DNA of 63,429 bases, from the NCBI GenBank assembly GCA_054600435.1, contig BAAIJX010000033.1, positions 186,001 to 249,429 on the forward strand. The letters are read 5' to 3'. The translations under genes were made by a program, and so were the position numbers. Shown here piece by piece: positions 52,574-63,429 of this stretch; positions within the stretch are counted from its first letter, which is position 1; each line of letters begins with the position of its first letter. Below the pieces are notes generated by a model that ran no database searches, was not told where the DNA came from, and worked only from the letters and a program-made list of their open reading frames with translations. The DNA is from Neophaeotheca triangularis. Its lineage: Eukaryota.

Positions 52574-53656
52574 CGTTGCTTTTTGCATCGACGTCTTCTC
52601 TTTTCTCCATAGCTCGACACCCAAGTCGTCGGTGAAGGGGATGTATGAGGCACTTTCATAGCATTACGAGCACGATGGAGTGAGACGGCAAGGTCATGGA
52701 GAATTCGGCATAGCGCTGGCGTATCAAGAGCAGCCAGACGATAACAATGTGGGTTCTCGGAAAATGGAGTTATTGTCTTTTCAAGCGCGCGGTGTCAGTG
52801 GTGCATACAAACTACCCTCTAGTAGATAGTATTCAACCCTTTCCCGTGCAATCTCCCAAATCACCCTTCTCACTCTTTCGCAACGCATCCAGACAATCTT
52901 GTTAGTAAGAGCCCCTGCCAAAAAAGAAAAAAAAAGAACCGACGTCGACGACAAGAACAATAGTGAGCGCGATATCCTCCAACCCGCTCTGCGCGAGAGA
53001 CTTGCAACTCCACCAACAGACCGGCGGCTTTCCAGCGGCGGATCCGGGCAACGCTCGAAGAAAAAAAAACCTTGCGAGTGAAGATGCGCGAAGACGGGGG
53101 AAAAGAAGAAAAAAAAAAAGTCCGCCTCAACAGCCCCTAGCTCAGTCGGGCGCGCCGCAGGAGCAGCTGCAGCCGTCTTCAAGAAGCCGTGTGTTGCCAC
53201 CGACCGGCGCGGCATCCGGGGGGTCTCGGCTTTCGATACATTTGCGAGATTTCGCCATTCGAGGGGGAGACCGCTGGACAGAAGATTGAGACGATGGGTG
53301 TTTTGTGCTAATGGTGCTACCAAGGACCTCCTCTCCTGTGAAGGCTGCGTTGCGAGGAGAGGAGGCATGGGTGAAGACTGCGCTCGAGGCTACGGACTGC
53401 GAGTGGTGGGTTTGAGAGAGAGGGGCAATGAAACGGAGGAGTTTTGCGGACTGGGGGATACAGATGAGAAGGAGAAGAGAGTCAAGGGGAGGTTTGAGGT
53501 TCACGTGAGGCTTGAGGGTGATGTTTTGGCAAAAGACGCGCACGGCGTCCGGGATTGAGAGGTAGGCGTATAGGTAGGTGGAGAAGAGTCCAGTACGAGG
53601 ATGAGCTCGATATGCTTTGAGCGGACTGCAAGGGTTTTGTCGGAAACACGTCCTCC

Positions 53657-55315
53657 CTACAGATTCTTCGTCCTTTCCTCGCTCTCCACGATCCACTTCT
53701 CCACCATGGCGCGATCTCTGACCTTCAGGCCAACCTTGAATGGTTTCGGCTCCACAGTCAAACCCGTCGGTATGTTATTGCACTCAAGAGCATCGAGGAT
53801 GGGCTGATCGCTCGCTTTCTGCGGCGGCATGACCTCGAAAGCCGTGATGAGTCGGAGGAAAGCCGTGTACAGTTCCCTGTTCGCGAGGTGCGAGCCGATG
53901 CACATCCGGCTGCCGGCGCCGTAAGCGTAATGAGCCGTCCCTCTGCTCGCTGAAGCGTCGTCGATGGTTGTGTCGGCCATGTAGCGTTCCGGGTTGAAAT
54001 CGTAGGGGTTCTTGAAGTGCGAGTCGTCATAGTGGGCGCCGTAGGTGTTCATGAGGAAGGTTGTTCCGGAAGGGATGATGGCGTCGCCCCACTTGACGTC
54101 CTTGACGGACTCACGCGGTAGGCAGACGGGGATGACGGTCCAGAAGCGCAGGACTTCTTTGTACAAGGCGGTGACGTAGGGGACTTTCTCCTCGTGGAGG
54201 CAGCGTTCCCAGGCGTCGTTGTTGGGGTAGACTTTGTTGATTTCATCCAGGGCCCGGGCTTGGATTTCCTGTCCGTGGGGGCTGGAGAGGTAGGCAATGC
54301 ACATGATGAGGTTTCCTGGGAGCGTGTCCAGGCCGGCGGAGACCATGGTTAGACCTATCGATAGTAGTTCGGCTGGGATCTGATTAGTATAGTTGGTGGA
54401 GAGTGGATCGCTTCACATACCATCGTTTAGCTTCACCTCTGGATCCTTGATGCAGTTGCCGGTGATGCAGGGTTTGTCGGTTCCGTTTGCGATTTTCTCC
54501 TTCAACATGTTCAGAAGCTTGCTCATGTAGGCGCCTCTCCTGGACTTGTACTCCAACGGCTTGTTGTTGCCAGACGGCCACAGTCGCATCAGGGGAATGT
54601 AATCCGCCCAGTTGTTGCTGGTGGACCTGAAGTTGCTAATTTCGCGCTCCACGTGCACAATCTCCTTGAGCAGCGTGTCTTCGATGTTGCCTTCGATCTT
54701 GATGCCATAGTTGAGCGTCAAGCTGGTGGAAAGAGAGAAAAGTTGGAAGTAAGGGTTGGGATCGATGTCTTTCTTTCCGTAATCGCTGTCCAGCAACATC
54801 TGCTTCAGCGACTTGCAAGACTCGTAGTCAAGGATAGGCATGTAGCTCTGGACGGCTGGACGGTTCAGAGCAGTGCCGGCCGCCTTTCTACGGGCTTTGC
54901 AAGACTCGTCCCAGGGGCTCGTGCCAATGGTAAAGCCTTCGCTCGAACTTACAACCGTGTGGAAGGTATGGAGCTTCGGCCGACTGATCAGTGCAGATTG
55001 GTTGGTGATCCAGAGATTCTTGACCGAGTCGAAAGTGTTGGCGAAGATGACACGACGATTACCCAACCGCACTTGAAAGACGGGACCGTAAGTTTTGCTC
55101 CATTCTTGTGCCTTTTTCGCGTGGTGCGAGGACATTTGAAGGAGGTTGCCGAACAACGGCACGCCTGGAATCTCAGGCAGGTTCTTGATCTTTGGCACAT
55201 CCGTGCTGTTGGCGTAGCGGATGAGAAGATAAACCAGCGCGAGGAGGGCGAAGGGGAAGACTTGGGGAGAGAAAAGGTAGGCAACGATGCCTTGGGGCTC
55301 TTGTGATTGAGCCAT
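53657..55315 (-). CDS. phacA: Cytochrome P450, CYP504 family (phenylacetate 2-hydroxylase-like; intron 54373-54420)
   Basis: NQSALISRPKLHTFHTVVSSSEGFTIGTSPWDESCK, MVSAGLDT, KEVLR, PERY, YGAGSRMCIG; phacA versus phacB not resolved. Confidence 0.88.
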
Positions 55316-56053
55316 GGCCGCTTGAAGGGGTGGTGGGGTGGTGTTGGGGGATGGTGTGAAGAAGATGAGATATAAAGGAAACAAATGTGAGACAATTGAT
55401 TACTTTGGAAGCTGCGCGAATGGCTCGGGATAGACTCTCGTGCAGCAGGCGACGACGAGCGAGCGAGCTCTTACATACAGTACCTAAGGTAAGGTAGGTA
55501 GTACATAACTTAGTATCTACGGCTGGGGAGTTGAAGCTTGTAGGTATACTATTAGCAAGTAGCAGTCAACTTACCCCTCGCGCGGACAATGCCCGTCCTG
55601 GTCCTTGGCCGGGCAGACCACCTGCACTTAGTACTTACTGCAGACGACCCATGGTATGATAGCTTATAATAGAATTATAGGATACATGGCTGACGAGCTT
55701 CCCCATGCGTGACCAGACCATACCCCGGAAGTGGGGTTGGGTGGGGAAGAAGTAGCGTATTGCCTTTGACAGGACCGAGAGAAGTGCGAGAAAACTCGTT
55801 GGAGTTGAGAGAGAGAGCGGAAATGGTCCGCTTAGAATACCCACGGCATACTTGACTGGGTGTCTGGAGAAAGTGAAACAGACAAAGGACAAGAATTGAA
55901 GAGATACTGTAGGTAGCTTTTCGGGAAACCACGCTGCTTTCTCGGACGAGATTGTCGAATCGCAAAAAGAACAGGGACTTGCCAATCATCGTTGCGAAAT
56001 CGTAGTGAACCGTGGGTCATGGACTGCTGCTGCTGCTGTATAAACGTGATTGC

Positions 56054-57481
56054 TCAAGTCCAATGCGGAACCTGCCCCTTGTCACCAATACTACCCTCCG
56101 TACCATCAGCATTCGTGCCATTCAGAATCTTGGCCGGCGTAGGCCGCTTGAAGTGCGGCTTGAGCGGCTCCCAGCTCTCAGCATTGTAGTCACTCTGCAC
56201 CTTTGCGCACTTTTTGAGACCCCACTCCGTCACCCCGACCATCAGACACGACTCGAACATGAAGGCCATGCTGCCCTCGCCGACTTTCATCGGCTTGAGA
56301 TCGGCATTGCTGGCTTTTTCGTGAGTGCTTGCGTCCGGACCGTGTGCGGACATGACGTTATGGAGGCTTGCGCCGGCGGGTTGGAAACCGCCGCCTGTCT
56401 TGGCGTCGTATTGACCGCCGATGAGGCCCATGAATTCTGACATGGTGTTGCGGTGGTACCATGGAGGGCGGAAAGTATCTTCTTGCACGAGCCAGCGTGG
56501 TGGGAAGATGACGAAGTCGGCAATGGCGGTTCCGGGGTGATCTGACTGGGCTGTGAGGACCGTGAAGATGGAAGGATCAGGATGGTCGTAGGAAATGCTG
56601 CCGATGGTGTTGAAACGTCCCAAGTCGTATTTGTAAGGGTAGTAGAGACCGTGCCATGCTACGACGTCAAAGGGGGTATGGTTCTGCTTTGCGGCGAACA
56701 AGTGGCCGCTGAATTTGGAAAGTAGTGTGTACTCGTTGTCTGTATCCTCGTCGAAGTAGGCAACGGGTGCTTGGAAGTCTCGCGCATTTGCTAGACAGTT
56801 GCTGCCGATCGGACCTAGTTCTGGCAGCTGAAAGTGGCCTTGGTACAGCTCGAGTATGTAGCCCCTGACCGGACCTTCAGGCAGAGTGACTCGGTGCCTT
56901 ATACCTCGAGGGATGACGCAGATCTCGTTTGGTCGGACCAACAGCTTACCCAGCTCGGTCTGAATATCAAGAACGCCATGCTGGGGAACGATCAAAAGGT
57001 CCCCATCAGCACTGTAGAAGGCCTCCCTCGCGTCCATGTCCTTGCCAGCGGCGAAGATGTAGATTCCGAGGCCGCTCTTCATCGTCGGGTCTCCTGCACC
57101 TGCACAAAGATGGAGACTGTGGACCCAATCTACCGTCTCGTCCATATCGAATGGATCCCATCTCAGCTGATTCGGTATCTGATGTATCTTCTCATGAGGT
57201 TTGCTTTCCGGGTTGGTATTGTAAGTGCTGCTCTCCCGTGGCTCGAAGGGCGAGTGTGCCGACGCTGGTAAGATTCGGTACAGCCATGATTGGAGATTCT
57301 CGTGGCGAGGCGCAGTGAAGGCGGTGCCGGAGAGCTTTTCGGCGTAGAGGCCGTAGTTGGGCTTCTGGGGGCTGTTTGCGCCTATAGGTAGGGCGCCGTC
57401 GACTGCCTCGGATTCGTGGTATGAGTTGAAGCCGTTTTGATATCGGTATCTCTCAGGCACTTTGAACTCGGTGGATGGCAT
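56054..57481 (-). CDS. hmgA: Homogentisate 1,2-dioxygenase (intronless)
   Basis: [65 protein letters not shown]. Confidence 0.96.
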   Translation of the reverse strand: MPSTEFKVPERYRYQNGFNSYHESEAVDGALPIGANSPQKPNYGLYAEKLSGTAFTAPRHENLQSWLYRILPASAHSPFEPRESSTYNTNPESKPHEKIHQIPNQLRWDPFDMDETVDWVHSLHLCAGAGDPTMKSGLGIYIFAAGKDMDAREAFYSADGDLLIVPQHGVLDIQTELGKLLVRPNEICVIPRGIRHRVTLPEGPVRGYILELYQGHFQLPELGPIGSNCLANARDFQAPVAYFDEDTDNEYTLLSKFSGHLFAAKQNHTPFDVVAWHGLYYPYKYDLGRFNTIGSISYDHPDPSIFTVLTAQSDHPGTAIADFVIFPPRWLVQEDTFRPPWYHRNTMSEFMGLIGGQYDAKTGGGFQPAGASLHNVMSAHGPDASTHEKASNADLKPMKVGEGSMAFMFESCLMVGVTEWGLKKCAKVQSDYNAESWEPLKPHFKRPTPAKILNGTNADGTEGSIGDKGQVPHWT

Positions 57482-58298
57482 GTTGACTGTGCTGGAGACG
57501 AAGGGTTCTGTCTTGCTTGTTTGCTTGTCGACGTGGGAGGGGAGGCAGTTGGCAGCGGTCAAGGAGGCTGATATGTTATGCACCAAGAATGCGAAGGCAT
57601 AATAGATGGAGAATGACAGTGGTACTCGAGGAGAGGGAGGGGGAGCGGGAGCTTCATATCTACCTAATAAAACGTTACTCCTTACTCCAGATGCTCGAGC
57701 TACTCATCAGCTCCCTGGCGTCAACATGGCCATCAGTCGTACCGCCTAGCTACCTTAGCTTCGACTTCGTTCCCGACGACGACGACGAGCTTTTGCCTTT
57801 AATAGCCGGAGCTCGGTTTAAGCTTGCGGCCAGATTCCGCCCTGCCCGGCGGCAATAGGTACTAAGAAAGTACCGCACCGTACTTGCGTACCGTACCTAG
57901 TAGCGAGGTAAGGTACTGTATATAGGCGGGCGAAGGCGGGGTGTGGGGGTCGGGTCAAACGGGGGAAAGCTCTCCGCGACTATCTTGCTCAAACCGCCGC
58001 GCATCAGCAGAATACATACACATCCATGGATATCTCCATAGCGTATTTCATTATATTACATAGCTGCCAATTGATTATCATCTCTCTCTCCTCCTACTGC
58101 CCCTTTGAATACAACGACGGCATTCCTTGCTGAAGGGGCCGATAGTGCGTAGCAGCCAAACGTCGACGCTGTTCCCTTTTCATCCCACCTGCTTTCTCAT
58201 CCCACCTGCTCGTCGATTCACACAACTCTCTTCCTACTCTACCTTACCTCCTTCGTTCTCCCTGACCATTCCTGTGCAAAACTTTTGACACCCACACA

Positions 58299-59606
58299 AT
58301 GGCCCCCCTCAAAAGCTGGCTCGAGATAGATGCCAACTCTCACTTCTCACTGGCCAACATACCTTTCGGCATCATTACCTCTACCCGAGACCCGGCGAAG
58401 CATCCAGCCGTTGCTCTTGGGGACTATGCGCTTGATCTACACGTGTTCGCGCAGGAAAACGGGTTCTCAGCACTATCCATCATTCAACCGCATCAGTCGG
58501 TATTCAGCCAAGGGTACTTGAATGACTTTGCCGCTCTCGGTCGACCCATGCATCAGCTGGTGCGAGAGTACATTCAAAGTGTCTTTGTAGAAAACGGCCC
58601 GTTTCCAGACGTGCTGGAAAGGAATTCAGGCCTTCGAGACAAGGCGTTGATTCCCAGGGTAGAATGCACCATGCACTTGCCTATGCGGATCGGAGACTAC
58701 ACTGACTTCTATGCCGGCTTGAATCATGCTTACAATGTAGGAGTGCTGTTCAGAGGACCCCAGAATGCATTGCAACCCAACTACAAGCATCTTCCTGTAG
58801 GGTATCATGGTCGTGCTTCGAGCGTGGTGGTATCGGGAACGCCTTTGAGGAGACCGAATGGGCAGATTCTCGCCGATCCCACAGCTACACTGAAAGAGCC
58901 CTCTCTGGGTCCGAGCAAGAAGCTAGACATTGAGCTCGAGCTCGGATGCTTCGTTTGCAAACCGAACAACCTTGGGGAACCAGTCCCAATCTCCCAAGCC
59001 GCCGACCACCTGTTTGGCGTGGTCCTGATGAACGACTGGAGTGCGAGAGACATTCAAGCCTGGGAATATGTTCCACTCGGTCCTTTCAACAGCAAGAACT
59101 TTGGGACATCCATCAGCCCGTGGGTGGTCCTGATGGATGCGTTGAAGCCGTTTGCCACCAAGGGTCAAGACAATGACAACAAGCTCTTGCCGTACTTGGA
59201 AGAAAAGGACCAAAAGAGCCATTATGACATTGACTTGTCTGTGTCTCTGACGCCGGGCGATTCACAGACACCAATAGCCATCAGTGAAACAAAGGGAAGC
59301 AACCTGCTGTTTTCCTTCCCGCAGATGCTAGCCCACCATTCCATCGGAGGCTGCCCTTTCAACACGGGAGATCTACTAGGTTCGGGAACGATATCAGGCG
59401 AGTCGCGGACTGAGAAAGGCTGCTTGTTGGAGCAGACTGAGAATGGCAAGACCGAGATTGAACTGCAGGGTGGTGTCAAGCGGACGTTCCTCGAAGATGG
59501 CGACTCGGTCATCATCTCGGGTGTTTGTAGGAGAGAAGGCCACGGACTGGTCGGGTTCGGTACTTGCGAAGGGGCGATCTTGTCTGCAGTGAAAGTCGAT
59601 TCCTGA
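58299..59606 (+). CDS. fahA: Fumarylacetoacetate hydrolase (intronless)
   Basis: HFSLANIPFG, IGDYTDFY, LPVGYHGRASS, LDIELELG, MNDWSARDIQAWEYVPLGPF, GDLLGSGTISG, FLEDGD. Confidence 0.96.
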   Translation: MAPLKSWLEIDANSHFSLANIPFGIITSTRDPAKHPAVALGDYALDLHVFAQENGFSALSIIQPHQSVFSQGYLNDFAALGRPMHQLVREYIQSVFVENGPFPDVLERNSGLRDKALIPRVECTMHLPMRIGDYTDFYAGLNHAYNVGVLFRGPQNALQPNYKHLPVGYHGRASSVVVSGTPLRRPNGQILADPTATLKEPSLGPSKKLDIELELGCFVCKPNNLGEPVPISQAADHLFGVVLMNDWSARDIQAWEYVPLGPFNSKNFGTSISPWVVLMDALKPFATKGQDNDNKLLPYLEEKDQKSHYDIDLSVSLTPGDSQTPIAISETKGSNLLFSFPQMLAHHSIGGCPFNTGDLLGSGTISGESRTEKGCLLEQTENGKTEIELQGGVKRTFLEDGDSVIISGVCRREGHGLVGFGTCEGAILSAVKVDS

Positions 59607-60351
59607 AGGATATCTCCGACATTACCAGATGTTCGTGGGGTTGGCGCAGGGGGGTGAAACGAACGTCAGACGCACCGCCAAACAAACACCTGTGGACGGG
59701 ACCTTTTGCCAGGTACATGCAATCAACACCCACTCCTCACATGTGACGGTGAGACGAGCTTGCCACATGTACAGTAAGGTAGAAGGCAGGTAGGGGGGGG
59801 CGGTACAGTGCCTAATGTACTGTATGTAGGTAGTACTGTTGCAGGTGCGGGTTGGTGTTTCTTGAGTGGTGGTACTGCCGCCGGCTGAAACGCCAGGCGG
59901 CTTGGCGGTAAACAACCAACATGCCCAGGTGCAGGTGCAGGGCAGCTTCCCCAGGCATTGATTGACTACTGACTGACTGCCTGCCATCAAACAGGTCCTT
60001 CGTCGCTGTACAGGCAGGTAAGGAACAATTCATCTATTGTTTGTCCTTCTCTTCTCTTCCTCTTCCTCCTCCCTCTCTCTCTCTCTCTCTACCTTACTTA
60101 TCTCCTGTCTTACTCCTATCCAATTTTTGTACCAACAAACTCGCTTGCAATAACCTGCATCTTCCGCCTGTACCCTTTACCTAACTCCACCTGCAGCTAG
60201 GCGCCACGAGTGAATCCTCACTTTGCTGCTTACATACATACGAGCTTGTTATCCTCAGCCGCATTCCACGAGAGCTTCTGCTACCTTACCTTACACATCC
60301 GCCACCTGCTCTTCTCCTCAAGTAAACCTCCTCACGCGACAAACAAGCAAC

Positions 60352-62045
60352 ATGAGGTCCGCAACGCTTTCGTTTGGCATTGCTGCCACCCTCGTCTCTT
60401 CAGTCTATGCCACCGACGCCCCTGTCTGTACTGGAAACCCGCACGGTGCTCAGTACACGGCCACACTGCCAGCCAGCGACGACCACTCCATCAGTGGCTC
60501 CATCGTCATCAACAGCGCTCCGGACGGCGTTGGCGCCAACGTCCAAGTCGCCATCTCTGGTCTCCCGACCGAAGGTGGCCCGTTCGGTAGGCCACAGCTG
60601 TGACTGCTCTGACCTTATCGATTTGCTGACTGTTGTGACAGCCTACCACATCCACGAGCTCCCCGTCGACGCTCAAGGCAACTGCACCTCGACCGGTGGT
60701 CATCTAGATCCTTACGGTCGTACCGACGACCCTCCTTGCGATGCAAGCAACCCACAATCTTGCGAGGTCGGTGATCTGTCTGGCAAGCACGGCAAGATGG
60801 AGAATAGCACCTCATTCTCGGCAAAGTGAGATGCATCTCCAGGCACAATTTTCACCCAAGTCACTGACAATTGCTTCTAGCTACGTCGATCAATACTTGT
60901 CCCTCATCCCGGGTACCGAAGCTTTCATCGGCAACCGCAGCATCGTGCTTCACCTCGCGGACAGCTCCCGGGTGACTTGCGCAAACTTGTCGAGAGCTGG
61001 TGCCAACAGCACCACATCGAGCAAGGGAGGTATGTCTGGCGCTGGCTCGTACGGTTCTGGGTCTGGTCCCGGTTCCGCCTCTTCTTCTTGCTCTTTGTCT
61101 TCTTCTGTTCTTCCAGCACCTACGGGTTCTCCTCAGGACAGCGTCGGTGTTCATGACAAGCCTGTTGCCACGGTGGTCGTCCCCGTTGGTTCTGGGTCTG
61201 GTTCTGGACAACTCGATGCTGGCATGGAGTCCGTCCCTGCAATCTCTGCTATGCATGCGACTTCCGATGTTCAGCAAACCCCCGCGTCTGATGTTTATGC
61301 GATTGCTTCGAGCGAGCCGACCGATGGCGTCAACTGCAGCACTGTAACCATTCTAACAACAGTCTCCACAGAGCACGGCGGTCAGATCTACACCATCAGC
61401 GGCGCAATCATTGAAAGTACGTCTCCTGTCCCCACAATGGCAACGTTTACAATCGTCGACAACGACGAAACGTACACCACCCACTCAACGGGCATGGCCG
61501 CTCAGACTGTCACTTTTACCTCGGAGTTTGACTACGTCTCTACCGGCATGGTTCCGATGACCACCACGATCTCTGGCGAGACTACTGGTGTGAATGTCGA
61601 GAACGTCCGGGTTACGGAGACGTTGACGATGACTTCCGAGGGCGAGACGATGACAATCACGACCGTGTCCAGCGAAGGTGTAGGGGATGCTTTGTCTAAC
61701 TCGATTCTAGGCGATCAAATGGTCTACACGACTGTCAGCGATGGCGAGACCATGACCATCACTTCCGAGATGGCCCCCACCGACGCCGGCAACACGATCA
61801 TCGACGCAGATGGCCAGACCATTACCGAAGCTGATGGCGCTACCATCACCGAAGACGACGCCGGCAACACCATCCTCCAGACCCCCGCGACTCCACCAAG
61901 CGATGCGACCATCACCGAAGCTGTGGGAGATGTTGGGGATGCCACGCAGACCGTCGCAGTTCAGACCGACAACTCCGCCGCGACCATGGCCGCCGGCGCC
62001 GGCGCTGGCGTAGGTGCTTTGGCGCTGGCTGTGATGTTGCTGTAA
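60352..62045 (+). CDS. Secreted GPI-anchored Cu-only superoxide dismutase (SOD5-like) with Ser/Thr-rich stalk (introns about 60587-60641, 60826-60880)
   Basis: Signal peptide; GLPTEGGPF|AYHIHE, CTSTGGHLDPY, CEVGDLSGKHG, NRSIVLH..RVTCAN; hydrophobic C-terminal GPI signal. Confidence 0.88.
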
Positions 62046-62690
62046 GCGTTGGTTTTATGGGTCGGACACTCTGAGCGGGATCAAAAGGCGAAATGGATAG
62101 GCGCTGCTTTTGGGTGGGTGAACCTGAGGGTGGAAGAACATTGGGTTTAGGAGATAACTCATGTACCTATATTTTCCGTCTGTCCTTCTGTACTATCAGC
62201 TTGCCCATGTTCCCGGTAATTTTCTGGTATCGCGGGCGTGTCTGCTCAAGAGGAGCCGTACGGAGAGACGCGTGTCATGTTTTACGCCTGGTTTCCTCTG
62301 CGTAAGTCTTCCGACGGCGTCATGAGCGAGCCTTAGGGTGAGAGTTTGAGTGCGACCGACACCGATGAAGAACACATATTACATGCGAAGCAGCTCGCGC
62401 GCGTGGATATCCGAAGGTAGGTACCCTGAAGCGACTGACTGGTTTCGTGTAATGACCCTGGATATTATAGTAATAAATGATATATCCGTAGAGAGAGTCC
62501 AAGGCAAAATCACCAATATGCACTCCCTCGACTCGCTCGCTTCAGAAGAGAAGAAAAGAGTTGAACTTCTCGGCGAATGAAACTTGCCATTGCCATTGCC
62601 ATTGTAGTAGCAATTTTTCTGATCACTGGGGTGGGAACACTTAATTACGGTTACTTACCTTGCCTTATATTACCCTGTATGGACCCTAAT

Positions 62691-62738
62691 TTACCACATG
62701 TTCTGGCTTTTCGTTGTATTACCACATGTTCTGGCTTT
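62691..62738. repeat. 20-bp direct repeat TTACCACATGTTCTGGCTTT x2 with 8-bp spacer
   Basis: Copies at 62691-62710 and 62719-62738. Confidence 0.85.
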
Positions 62739-63429
62739 GGAACATGCGGCGGACGGCAAGAATCGCCTACGGCGATTTTTGCGGATGCCTTGGATTCACT
62801 GAGCTGTGGTCGTATGTATTAGTTCTTTTGTGGTAAAATATATAGAGTTTAGTAGATTTTTTTTGATTATTGGGGAAACGTGCTGAGTTCGCCTGCGAGG
62901 GTAGGAGGTAGCACGGCTTTTGAGCTCACGCGGCCAGCGGGTGATATAACGTGGCTTCTTAGGCTTTCCACAACCAAATATTCAAGAGGTGCGGAGAACT
63001 GCTCACACTTGGAGATACCCGCACGCTAACATGGTCTTACTGCTCGACAAGATTGGCAAAAGAGACTTGATCGAGAAGAGACGATGATGGTAATACAGTT
63101 TTCGTTGCTGTACGGGTATCGGTCGAGAAAGTGCGCGATGCAATCAATACATTGGTTGCACGAAAAGACACGGGAATACTGCGTCTCCTTGTCGTTCACC
63201 TCCCTGCTCCCCTCTCCCCAGTCCCTCCCCCCCACACCCCCCCCCGGCTCCACCCGCCACGGCTTTCTGTGATCTTCTGCCACAAGACTACACATCCACC
63301 GTGTCATCTCAGCAGCAGCAAGCAGCAGTATGCCTCCCACATTCCCAGAGGGCGCCCATTCATACACCATCCAAGCCAGGGTTAGAACGCCAACGACGGA
63401 CTCCCGTTGCATTCGATTCCAACCCCCCC

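Noticed and set aside
52905..53335. Possible RNase MRP P4 pairing (GAGGTCCTTG with CAGGGGCTC, minus strand)
   Set aside because: Poor match to CR-I/CR-V consensus, and long poly-U tracts are atypical
62651..62665. ACTTACCT resembling the U1 snRNA 5' end
   Set aside because: No downstream U1-70K or U1A loops recognised
62691..62738. Repeat-spacer-repeat resembling a CRISPR array
   Set aside because: Only two copies with an 8-bp spacer, in eukaryotic DNA; a simple local duplication

Overview
Gene-dense, intron-containing DNA from a filamentous ascomycete. Introns are short (about 50-110 bp) GT-AG types with CTRAC branch sites; the gene set and style suggest a Dothideomycete (inference). About 25 protein-coding genes are supported. 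Housekeeping genes: GCN20, SAH1, a CUS2/TAT-SF1-like splicing factor, HST4, MED16, an ODC carrier, DNA2, RPL1, LEO1 and MOB2. There is also an ammonium transporter, a DAK-family kinase, a GPI-anchored Cu-only SOD, and two small spliced genes absent from the ORF track (CsbD-like; I78 protease-inhibitor-like). Two metabolic clusters are present: a four-gene polyol/ketose cluster (Zn2Cys6 TF, MFS porter, polyol dehydrogenase, SDR) and a phenylacetate/homogentisate cluster (CYP504, hmgA, fahA). The most interesting unexplained signal is a ~1.1 kb region (about 10930-12050) with no recognisable gene. It has many predicted helices and a perfect telomere-template 10-mer (CTAACCCTAA) near its 5' end, so it is a candidate telomerase RNA or other long structured ncRNA (unconfirmed). 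Other points are a GC-AG intron joining the two DNA2 ORFs, two possible alternative first exons for MOB2, and a dense GATA array. Gene calls come from motif recognition only; no database searches or folding programs were run.
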